Shown: positions 38,058-45,281 of the stretch, in pieces | Numbering within the stretch: the stretch's first letter is position 1 | How the letters are laid out: each line of letters starts with the position of its first letter | DNA from: a virus | Lineage: Duplodnaviria; Caudoviricetes | Reading direction: 5' to 3' (one strand) | DNA: 50,229 nucleotides | IMG/VR virus record: IMGVR_UViG_3300049139_000262 | Location: 1-50,229 of that record | Notes under the pieces: generated by a model | Databases searched by the model: none | Seen by the model: only the letters and a program-made list of their open reading frames with translations | What the model was told of the DNA's origin: nothing | Position numbers and translations under genes: made by a program

Positions 38058-38420
38058 CTACTCGCTCCAGCCGATGAGCTGGAACGTTCCGCCCTCGTCC
38101 TCGATCTCCTGCTTGGAGACACACATCTCGGAGGCCCAGACGAGGCGGAGGATCGCGTCGCCGTGCGAGGACGGAACGGCCTGATACTCGCCGTAGAGGA
38201 AGCCTGCGTCGTCGAGCCATACAGCGCTGTGCTTGGGGCTGGGCCGTTCAGCGGGCGGGGCGATCCCGGCAGCGACGGCGGCGCGCAGCCAGGCTTCGGC
38301 CTCGTTGGTGAGGTATTGGCGGATGCTGGGGTCGAGTTGGTCCCAGGCATCTTCGGCCCATGCGCCGTAGCCGTTGCGGTAGCGGGCTTCGGCCAGCTGC
38401 TGAACTCGGGGGTCGGTCAC
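38058..38420 (-). CDS. Hypothetical protein
   Basis: GAGGA RBS, GC3 bias. Confidence 0.65.
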   Translation of the reverse strand: MTDPRVQQLAEARYRNGYGAWAEDAWDQLDPSIRQYLTNEAEAWLRAAVAAGIAPPAERPSPKHSAVWLDDAGFLYGEYQAVPSSHGDAILRLVWASEMCVSKQEIEDEGGTFQLIGWSE

Positions 38421-38575
38421 GATGTGGTCCTCTCTACTCGCCGGGCGAGCATGCGGCTTTTGATCTGTTGTTGGGTGGGCTGTTCCCACTGGTGCCAGCC
38501 GATCGGTGGTTTCCACTGCTGCATGTGGGCCCGCTTGTCGATGCCGCACCAGCGGCAGCCGTTCGGGTTCGTCAC
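38417..38575 (-). CDS. Small hypothetical protein
   Basis: PNGCRWCG...WHQWEQPT; GTGA coupling. Confidence 0.6.
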   Translation of the reverse strand: MTNPNGCRWCGIDKRAHMQQWKPPIGWHQWEQPTQQQIKSRMLARRVERTTS

Positions 38576-38814
38576 TGGCGTGCGCCCGTCGTGTTGGTGG
38601 AGGGCCACCAGTGCGGGTACTTGTCCGCAGGGCAGCTGGGTCCCTTCTCGTCGAGGCGGTCGATGACGTTGCGAAACCAGTCGAGGGCCTGGGCGTCGTC
38701 GCCTGGCCAGGCGTGGTTGATGACCTGGTTGTTGATGACGAGCTTTCGGTGGTGGGGCTTGCCGCGGGCGGCGAGGACTTTGATGTCGCGGCCTCGGTAG
38801 GTGGTGCGGGTCAC
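38572..38814 (-). CDS. Hypothetical protein
   Basis: GGAG RBS, coupled to next gene. Confidence 0.6.
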   Translation of the reverse strand: MTRTTYRGRDIKVLAARGKPHHRKLVINNQVINHAWPGDDAQALDWFRNVIDRLDEKGPSCPADKYPHWWPSTNTTGARQ

Positions 38815-39087
38815 GGCTACTCCTCGGTGTCGTCGTTGTCGCGGTCGAACCAGTCGCGGTCCCAGGTGGCGGCCTCGCGGGTGGTCTCCTCCCACGGCGG
38901 AAGCGGCGCCGGCGGGGTCATGGGGTGTTCCTCCTGGCTCGGCGTGCTCGCATTCGGGCGAGTACCTGTGCTGGTGTCGGCTGCTCCCAGCCGTGCATGC
39001 CTTTGGACTTCACGTAGGACCGGCCGTGGTGGCTTCGCTCTTCGCCGCACCAGCGGCATGCGAACGGCGACCAGATCGTGCGGGGTC

Positions 39088-39222
39088 TCATCGCGGCTGT
39101 CCGCCCTGGAAGCGGCCGTACATGCCGGAGGCGTGCTCGGACATGCGGTCGGCGCGGGCTGCAAGTTCATCGGCTCGCTTCTGCAGGCCGTCGGCTTCGC
39201 GCTCCTCGGGCGTGTCACCCAT
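39088..39222 (-). pseudogene. Truncated DUF3560-like fragment
   Basis: MGDTPEE...RADELAARADRMSEHASGMYGRFQGGQPR*, stopping where GQPILVGHHS is expected. Confidence 0.4.
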
Positions 39223-39303
39223 GGTGGTTCTCCCTCTGATGGATGCCTGCTGGCTTGTCGGTGAGCGGCGCGCCCCTCTGGGTGCGGGGCGCGCCCGCGG
39301 CGG

Positions 39304-39534
39304 CTAGTACTGGTCGGCGGCGTAGTAGTCGTCCGGGGTGTCGTAGCCGAGGAAGCGGACGCCGTCCTTCAGGAGCCGGGTCGGGCCGGCGGCGGCGTGG
39401 ACGTCGTAGGCGAAGAACGCGTTGCCTTCGGCGCGGTTGTCGTTGCCGGTGTCGTAGGTCTCGACCTTCGTCCACGCGTCGGTGCTGTGGTCGTAGGTCT
39501 GGAGCTCGTAGACGGGGGCGGTGGGCTCGGGCAC
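39304..39534 (-). CDS. Hypothetical protein
   Basis: AAGGAA RBS, strong GC3 bias. Confidence 0.65.
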   Translation of the reverse strand: MPEPTAPVYELQTYDHSTDAWTKVETYDTGNDNRAEGNAFFAYDVHAAAGPTRLLKDGVRFLGYDTPDDYYAADQY

Positions 39535-39578
39535 GGCGGGTTCCTTCCGCAGCAGGGTTGACGGGGATGGATGGGTTG

Positions 39579-40760
39579 TTAGCTGACGCAGGGCAGAGCA
39601 AGCTGTTCGGCCGGGGCGTCGGCGGACAGGTGGCGTTCGAGCGCTACGCCTGCGGTGACGTCGGTGATGGGGCCAAGTTCGGTGGCTTCCTTCTGGATCT
39701 CCGCGATGGAGAGGTTCTGCTGGAAGGTGTGGCCGATCTGCTGTTCCGCTTTGGCGTAGTCCCCGATCAACTCGGGGCTCTGCCGGGCGGCGCACACGAG
39801 GTCAGACCTGGTGGCGAGGACGCACAGTCGGCAGGAAAGACGGTCCATGCCGGCGTCGTAGGCCTCGTGGTACTCGAGGTTCTGGTCCTTGATGTGCTGC
39901 CATACCTGGCGCTGGGTCCAGTCGAGTATGGGGTGCCAGCGGATGACGGTGCGGCGGCGGTTGGACGCGGATCGGTCGATGGTGAACTCGGCCTTACGGG
40001 CGCGTGCGGGTGACTCTTGGGCGCGTAGGCCGACGCAGTAGTAGACGATGACGTGGTCGACGCCTTCTGTTTCACGGGCCTGGCTGACGTGGTGGGTGAC
40101 CCGCTTCATGCCTTCGTTGGTCTTCTGGTCGCTCGTGCACCACCGTGCTGCGGATGAGGGGAACTTCTTGCGCTGGTTCACCAGCTGCTGAAAGAGCCCT
40201 CCGCCGGGCCGCTGCGTAACTTCGAAGGGGATGCCGTAGCGGGCGGTCTGGCGGCGGGCGAGCTCTTCGGTTCCCGGCCATTCGACGGGCTGGTTGCTGT
40301 AGTCCTCGCCGGTGGTGCCGAGGTCGTTGTGGACGGCGATCACCTTGTGCAGGACGCCGCGTTCGGCTGCCTGTGTGCAAACGACGTCCTCCATGACGAC
40401 GCTGTCCTTGCCACCACTGGTCGCCACGATCACCCTGTGCGCGAGGTCGAGGGGGTTGTGTCGGGCAGGGTTGATTGTCAGGTAGCCGATGGGCAGGCGT
40501 ACCGGGTCAAGTTGGTGGGCGAGCGTCTGCAAGGCGACGGTGACGTTTCGAGTGTCCGCGAAGCCGACCCATGCGTTGATCCGCGTCCACGGACGCGTGC
40601 ACGGCTCGGTGTCCACGTACAGCGCCAGGTGAGCGAGGCAGTCGAGAAGCGTCGGCACCTTGTCGGCTGCCTGGAGGAGGCCGGCCATGATGTCGCCGCC
40701 TTCGGCAATGTGGCCGGCGGCCTTTCGGAACACCTTCGCCATGCGCGCGTGCGTGGTCAT
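39579..40760 (-). CDS. PAPS reductase-family (PP-loop) protein
   Basis: SGGKDS, RWCT, GLRAQESPAR, HPILDW, RLSCRLC. Confidence 0.9.
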   Translation of the reverse strand: MTTHARMAKVFRKAAGHIAEGGDIMAGLLQAADKVPTLLDCLAHLALYVDTEPCTRPWTRINAWVGFADTRNVTVALQTLAHQLDPVRLPIGYLTINPARHNPLDLAHRVIVATSGGKDSVVMEDVVCTQAAERGVLHKVIAVHNDLGTTGEDYSNQPVEWPGTEELARRQTARYGIPFEVTQRPGGGLFQQLVNQRKKFPSSAARWCTSDQKTNEGMKRVTHHVSQARETEGVDHVIVYYCVGLRAQESPARARKAEFTIDRSASNRRRTVIRWHPILDWTQRQVWQHIKDQNLEYHEAYDAGMDRLSCRLCVLATRSDLVCAARQSPELIGDYAKAEQQIGHTFQQNLSIAEIQKEATELGPITDVTAGVALERHLSADAPAEQLALPCVS

Positions 40761-40785
40761 TGGGGTCTCCTCCTGGGAGCAGCGA

Positions 40786-41124
40786 TCAGGCGGCGAGGGC
40801 GAGGCGGGCGGCGGCGGCCTTGAAGGCCGGCTTGCGCGGGCGGTAGACGACGCAGATGGCGGCGACCTGGGCCGGGGTGTAGCGGTGCGTGGTGCGCATG
40901 CGGCGGCCGGCGTGGACGCGGTGCTCGCTGCCTTCGATGCCGAGCTTGGCGGCGGTCTTGCGGAGGGTGCCGACCATGCTGCGGGCGTCGCGGACGCTGA
41001 GGCCCTGGGCGAGTGCGTGGGTCTGGAGGGAGGCGTTGCCGCGGCGTGCGATGCGGGCGGCGGCGCGGTCGGCGCGGGCGCGGGCCTTGAGGGTGGCGCG
41101 GCGGGTGCGGTTGCTGGCGATCAT
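40786..41124 (-). CDS. Basic hypothetical protein, first cargo gene of RHH cassette 2
   Basis: GAGGGG RBS; Arg/Ala-rich; GC3 bias. Confidence 0.75.
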   Translation of the reverse strand: MIASNRTRRATLKARARADRAAARIARRGNASLQTHALAQGLSVRDARSMVGTLRKTAAKLGIEGSEHRVHAGRRMRTTHRYTPAQVAAICVVYRPRKPAFKAAAARLALAA

Positions 41125-41158
41125 ATGGTCCCCCTCGGTGGTTCGGCCCCTTGCTCGG

Positions 41159-41275
41159 GGTGTAGCTACACCTTAGAGTGGGGTGTAGCTACACCGCAAG
41201 TGGTTCACCCGAGAATCTGTAGCTACACCCTGTAGCTACACCGAGAGGAGCGAAAATGACGCCGGTAGCTACACC
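41159..41275. promoter_or_regulatory. Five-copy palindromic operator array (GG)TGTAGCTACACC
   Basis: Copies at 41159, 41182, 41218, 41231, 41265 between divergent genes. Confidence 0.8.
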
Positions 41276-41291
41276 CGCATACAGTCCCCCC

Positions 41292-41513
41292 ATGTCGCCG
41301 AACCAGCCGAAGACACCGCCCCGCCAGATCCGCATCGGGGATGCCTGGTACGACTTCGACGCTGCCGCCAAAGCCATGGGCACCGAGCGAGCAACTGTCA
41401 TTCGCGAGCTCATCGACTGGTACATCCGCGAACCGGGCGCCAAGCTGCCTGAGCGGCCGGCCAGGACGGTCATCGAAGCAGCGCGGGCAGCGCGAGCCGA
41501 GGAGTCCGCATGA
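41292..41513 (+). CDS. Ribbon-helix-helix-type DNA-binding protein
   Basis: MSPNQPKTPPRQIRIGDAWYDFDAAAKAMGTERATVIRELIDWYI; alternative start 41256. Confidence 0.7.
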   Translation: MSPNQPKTPPRQIRIGDAWYDFDAAAKAMGTERATVIRELIDWYIREPGAKLPERPARTVIEAARAARAEESA

Positions 41514-41872
41514 CCGCTGACTTGGTGGCATTCCTGCGGGCCCGCTTCGCGGAGGACCGCGCGTTAGCGTCGACCGCTTTGTCACTCGCACCGTCGGGCT
41601 GGTCCGCGCATCCGTCCCATGAAAGTACGGACGACACGGATCGCGTCGTGTCCGGCGTTGATCGCGAAATCGCCCTCTACATGCACCGCCTGGAACCTCG
41701 CCGCTATCTCGCTGAAATCGACGCCAAGGCTCGGACTTTGGTGCGCTGCGAGGAGGAACTACTGGCCGGCATCCCGCGCCTCACGCACTTCGTAAAGCAG
41801 ACGGTGCGGGAGATGGCGCTCCCATACTCCGACCATCCCGACTACCAGGCAGCGGTAGCCTCCTTCGACTGA
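41510..41872 (+). CDS. DUF6221-like protein containing a TTA codon
   Basis: DLVAFLRARFAED...LAEIDAK...ALPYSDHPDY; TTA at 41564. Confidence 0.75.
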   Translation: MTADLVAFLRARFAEDRALASTALSLAPSGWSAHPSHESTDDTDRVVSGVDREIALYMHRLEPRRYLAEIDAKARTLVRCEEELLAGIPRLTHFVKQTVREMALPYSDHPDYQAAVASFD

Positions 41873-41914
41873 TTCCAGCACCACCACTCCCCCGTAGGCG
41901 GCAGACTGCCGTTC

Positions 41915-42103
41915 ATGGCGGTGAGCTACATGGTGCGTGGCAGGACCGAGGCGGAGTGCCGGGCGGCTCTCGAGGAACTGTGCGAGCGGCTCGGGGCCCG
42001 TCCGACTCTGTGGCCGTCGGCCCGGTTCGGTCACGGCTGGATTGCACGCGCTGAACGCAGCACGGCCCCGGACCAGACGGTCCGGGGCCTCGTCGCGCAG
42101 TAG
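41915..42103 (+). CDS. Small hypothetical protein
   Basis: 62-aa ORF with protein-like composition. Confidence 0.5.
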   Translation: MAVSYMVRGRTEAECRAALEELCERLGARPTLWPSARFGHGWIARAERSTAPDQTVRGLVAQ

Positions 42104-42114
42104 GGGCCAGCTGT

Positions 42115-42291
42115 TCAGTCGTCGTCGCCAAGGCTGACGATGAGCACTTTGACCTTTCCCGACGTGGACAGTTCGGCGTACACGTTCCTGCTGCCGTCAA
42201 CGCCATTCGACCGGGCTTGTTCCACGAACGCCGCGAGCTCGTCGAACGTCATGTCCTTGTCCTCGCCGCTGTATCTCAACTCGAGTGCCAT
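42115..42291 (-). CDS. Small hypothetical protein (not in ORF track)
   Basis: MALELRYSGEDKDMTFDELAAFVEQARSNG...VKVLIVSLGDDD*. Confidence 0.55.
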   Translation of the reverse strand: MALELRYSGEDKDMTFDELAAFVEQARSNGVDGSRNVYAELSTSGKVKVLIVSLGDDD

Positions 42292-42307
42292 GCCGCAAGT
42301 CTGGCGA

Positions 42308-42895
42308 TCAAGACAGGAACGGTGGGCCGTATTTGAGAACTAGAGCGTCAATGTGCGCAAGCAGGTCATCGCCGGGGAGGTACCACTCGTGATGGTGGTG
42401 GAGGTGCTTGAACCGTCTTTGGCGCTGACGCTCGATCGTTTCGTCGCCCGGTTCGGTAGCGAGAACCTTCTCGGCTTCGAGCTCCCTTGCGCGCATCCGG
42501 AGCCGGGTGCTGGTGCCGATCTTGATGAGTCCGCTGCGGAGCACGTAGTACACGACGGGTGCATGCCTAGCGACTTTCCTGGGGGCTCTGATCCGGTCGC
42601 CAAATTGGCGGCGCCGTGTGCTGCGGCTCGAGTTGAGAAAGCGCTCGACCTCGAGGGCGCCGGCCATGGGTCCGAGGATGCTGGCTGCGGCTTTCTCGTG
42701 TTCGAGGCAGAAGCGGAGTGGTTCCTTGGTGACGGCGACGGTGCGACAGTCGCCGTAGGAGCAGCGTCGGACGGGTGCTACCTGTTCGTTGATGCGGACG
42801 CGGGCTCCGCATCCGCAGCGAAAGGCATTGCGTCCCGCCGAGCCGTCGGTGGACATGAGTCGTGAGCAGCCGCATTTCACGGCGACATTGATCAT
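42308..42895 (-). CDS. Zn-ribbon plus T5orf172/MUG113 (GIY-YIG-like) nuclease-domain protein
   Basis: CGC..FRCGCG, C-x4-C..FCLEH, then VYY...LIKIGTS...LATEPG...E...EWY. Confidence 0.75.
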   Translation of the reverse strand: MINVAVKCGCSRLMSTDGSAGRNAFRCGCGARVRINEQVAPVRRCSYGDCRTVAVTKEPLRFCLEHEKAAASILGPMAGALEVERFLNSSRSTRRRQFGDRIRAPRKVARHAPVVYYVLRSGLIKIGTSTRLRMRARELEAEKVLATEPGDETIERQRQRRFKHLHHHHEWYLPGDDLLAHIDALVLKYGPPFLS

Positions 42896-42941
42896 GTCGG
42901 CATCTTGATACCAGGCACTGACAATCCCTAGCAAATGGGTG

Positions 42942-42968
42942 AGGCCCCGACCTGAACGGTCGGGGCCT
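42942..42968. terminator. 11-bp stem hairpin
   Basis: AGGCCCCGACC-TGAAC-GGTCGGGGCCT downstream of the ParB-like gene. Confidence 0.55.
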
Positions 42969-42989
42969 TCCGTCTTCCTCATGTGGTGT

Positions 42990-43343
42990 TCAGCGGGGAA
43001 GGTGGTCTGGGTATGGCTGGCGTTCGTGGTGTACGCCCCAGCTTCGGATCCAGTACCAGGTGAATGGGAAGTCGTGGATGCCGAGCTCGATGAGGGCGAC
43101 TGCTCGGTGGTGGCCGTCGGCGACGTAGGCGTCGTCGGGGTAGCGGTCATTGACGCCGACGATGATGGGCTTCTTGAGGCCGTCCCGCGGGATGGATTCC
43201 TTGAGCTGTTCGACGATGGCTCGATCCTTGTCGCGCCGTTCGAACCTTCGATGCGCGTCGGCCCATTTGCGGTATTCGGTGGGGCGGACCTGCTGGTCGT
43301 TCAGGAGGCTGGTCCGCATCCTGCCGACCCAGAGGCGGCTCAC
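42990..43343 (-). CDS. Stand-alone ParB/Sulfiredoxin-domain protein
   Basis: LKESIPRDGLKKPIIV...VADGHHRAVAL. Confidence 0.82.
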   Translation of the reverse strand: MSRLWVGRMRTSLLNDQQVRPTEYRKWADAHRRFERRDKDRAIVEQLKESIPRDGLKKPIIVGVNDRYPDDAYVADGHHRAVALIELGIHDFPFTWYWIRSWGVHHERQPYPDHLPR

Positions 43344-43537
43344 CGGGCGTACCAGCGCGGCTCGTGGTCACCGGCCGCGCCCAGGATCCGGAAGGCGATT
43401 TCCTGTGTGTCGAGGCCTTCCTTCTGTGCCTGTTCTATGAGCTGGTCGGCGAGCTTGCTGCTGCCGCGGCCGAGGACGCCACCGCGCTGGAGCTGGCGGC
43501 CGGCCTCGGCGATCTGCTGCGGTGTGGGCTTGGGAAC
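43340..43537 (-). CDS. Small gene with non-canonical or mutated start (GTT)
   Basis: GAAAGGA RBS then GTT CCC AAG; 65 codons PKPTPQQIAEAGRQLQRGG...WYAR*, GTGA-coupled to the ParB-like gene. Confidence 0.55.
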   Translation of the reverse strand, partial: VPKPTPQQIAEAGRQLQRGGVLGRGSSKLADQLIEQAQKEGLDTQEIAFRILGAAGDHEPRWYAR

Positions 43538-43548
43538 GATGTGTCCTT

Positions 43549-43743
43549 TCAGGATGCAGTGACGCGGGCTCGGCGGTGCATGCGGGTGTCTTCGCCGCGG
43601 CTTATCGGCGGGTCGGGGCGGCGTCCGTTGGTGTGGAAGTCGCCGGGTGCGGTGCCCTGGTAGGGGCGTCCATCGGGTTGGGGTCGTCGGCTATCGCCGT
43701 CGCGGGCGTCACGGCCGGGCTTCTCGTCCGGGTTCCAGGTCAC
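43549..43743 (-). CDS. Small hypothetical protein
   Basis: GTGA-coupled in operon. Confidence 0.45.
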   Translation of the reverse strand: MTWNPDEKPGRDARDGDSRRPQPDGRPYQGTAPGDFHTNGRRPDPPISRGEDTRMHRRARVTAS

Positions 43744-43919
43744 AGACGCCCCTTGGTGCTGCCGATGCCGTACTGCTGGCGGATCTCGGTGGGGGTGAGT
43801 GACCAGCTTTCGGGGCCGGTGGTCGGGTAGTAGACGGGTTCGCCGTGGCGGCCGGGGCCGGCGGTGGGCTCCCAGGTGTCGCCGTTGCCGTCGGTGATCT
43901 GGGCGGGGAAGTCGGGCAT
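43740..43919 (-). CDS. Small hypothetical protein
   Basis: GAAAGGA RBS; ITDGNGDTW...TEIRQQYG. Confidence 0.6.
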   Translation of the reverse strand: MPDFPAQITDGNGDTWEPTAGPGRHGEPVYYPTTGPESWSLTPTEIRQQYGIGSTKGRL

Positions 43920-43930
43920 GACGTTTCCTT

Positions 43931-44116
43931 TCAGGTCTGGACTGTCCATCGGCCGTTGCCGCCGCGGATGGTGAAGCCGGGGCCGCTGATCCGGCTGGGG
44001 GTGACAGTGCCGATGCCGAGCTGGTCGATTCGGGCGAGGAGGTCAGCGATCTGGGCGGCGTATTCGGCGGCCTGCTGCTCGCGGCGGCGGAGGTCTCCGG
44101 GCTTTCCGGTGAACAT
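43931..44116 (-). CDS. Small hypothetical protein
   Basis: GAAAGGA RBS; MFTGKPGDLRRREQQAAEY. Confidence 0.6.
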   Translation of the reverse strand: MFTGKPGDLRRREQQAAEYAAQIADLLARIDQLGIGTVTPSRISGPGFTIRGGNGRWTVQT

Positions 44117-44127
44117 GCGGATTCCTT

Positions 44128-44607
44128 TCAGTGCAGGTTGGCGGCGGTATTGAGCATGCGGATGACGTTGTCGGGACTGGTCTGGGCGTCGTTCCACGAG
44201 GGGACGGTGTCTGCCTGGAAGTGCTGCTGAATGACGTCGAGGAGGCGGGCGCAGACGTTGTCGGCGAGCCCACGGTCGGGGCCGGCGGCAGCCCGGATGG
44301 CTCCGACGACGCACACGGCGCCCTGCTCGTCGCGGAGGCCGCCGCGGGTCCATCCGCGCTCGAGGATGATGCGGATGGCGCCGAGGAATACGGCGGCGAG
44401 CGGACTGCCCTGGGGCTGCGGGGCGAGGGCGGGCAGATCCACAAACTCCAGCTCCACAACCGGCGAGTTGGGCTGGTGGGCGGTGTTCACGTCGAAGCGG
44501 AGGAGGGCCTGTTCCAGGCGGAGGGTCATCGACGCGTCCGCGATGGCGAGGCGTGTGTCGAGGTCGACTTGGGGCGGGGTTGCGGTGCGGGTGAGGGTCG
44601 TGGTCAT
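44128..44607 (-). CDS. DUF6197-like protein
   Basis: RGWTRG...GAVCVVGAIRAA...VPSWND. Confidence 0.65.
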   Translation of the reverse strand: MTTTLTRTATPPQVDLDTRLAIADASMTLRLEQALLRFDVNTAHQPNSPVVELEFVDLPALAPQPQGSPLAAVFLGAIRIILERGWTRGGLRDEQGAVCVVGAIRAAAGPDRGLADNVCARLLDVIQQHFQADTVPSWNDAQTSPDNVIRMLNTAANLH

Positions 44608-44687
44608 GTCGGGGTGCTCCGGTGGTCTGGGGACTGTCGGGCGGTTGGGGGCGCTCCGTCTGCTGGCAGGCCGGGGAGCGCCCCCGG

Positions 44688-45089
44688 TCACCAGAAGCTG
44701 CGCTTAGTTCGGCCGCTGGCCTGGTCGTTGCGCAGGTTCTGCTTCTCGAGTTCGCGGATCTCGCGGGCGTTGAGGTGCCGGTTCTGCTTCCGGTCGAGAG
44801 GGCCGGCGACCTGCGGCCCGGGGGTGGCGACGTTGCGGACACCCTTGGGCTTCTCGGTGTAGACGGGCCCTTCACGGAGGACGAGGCCCTCGACGGACAG
44901 CGAGCCGGAGATCATCCAGCCGGGCATGAGCGGGTGCCGGTAGGACACCGTGTACTCGGAGTACAGGTGGCTGTCCTCGTAGGGGGCGAGGTTGGTGGCG
45001 ACCTTCTTCAGGACGTACAGCTTCTGGCCCTGTCGGACCTCGCGGTCGGCCCGCTTCGCGTCTCGCTTGGTGCGCTGGTACACGGTCAT
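44688..45089 (-). CDS. Hypothetical protein
   Basis: AAGGAG RBS, GC3 bias. Confidence 0.7.
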   Translation of the reverse strand: MTVYQRTKRDAKRADREVRQGQKLYVLKKVATNLAPYEDSHLYSEYTVSYRHPLMPGWMISGSLSVEGLVLREGPVYTEKPKGVRNVATPGPQVAGPLDRKQNRHLNAREIRELEKQNLRNDQASGRTKRSFW

Positions 45090-45123
45090 CAGGTTCTCCT
45101 TGGATTGGTATTTCGTGGCGGTT

Positions 45124-45279
45124 TGTCCCCGGACAGGTGCACGGATTGCCCTGGTATGTCACCTGGACGGGGGGTGGCCAGGGGGTGGACGCGTCCCGGG
45201 TCGTGTCCGGGTGCCGTCCGCCCCCTGACCGGGGGATATTCCGGGGCAAACTAGATCGATGTCCGGGGGTGTCCGGGTG
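45124..45279. repeat. clt-like cluster of short repeats downstream of the TraB-like gene
   Basis: TGTCCGGG at 45204, 45260, 45270; inverted CCCGGACA at 45128; variants at 45193, 45227, 45238. Confidence 0.55.
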
Positions 45280-45281
45280 GC

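Noticed and set aside
39579-40760. cysH auxiliary metabolic gene or a complete Dnd/Ssp system
   Set aside because: No sulfur-assimilation, dnd or ssp partner genes in the window, and no CysH-type C-terminal ECGLH motif
41159-41275. Possible mini CRISPR array
   Set aside because: Repeats are only 11-14 bp with irregular 1-22 bp gaps and no cas genes; operator array fits better
42990-43343. ParABS partition system
   Set aside because: No ParA, no HTH domain and no parS-like site recognised
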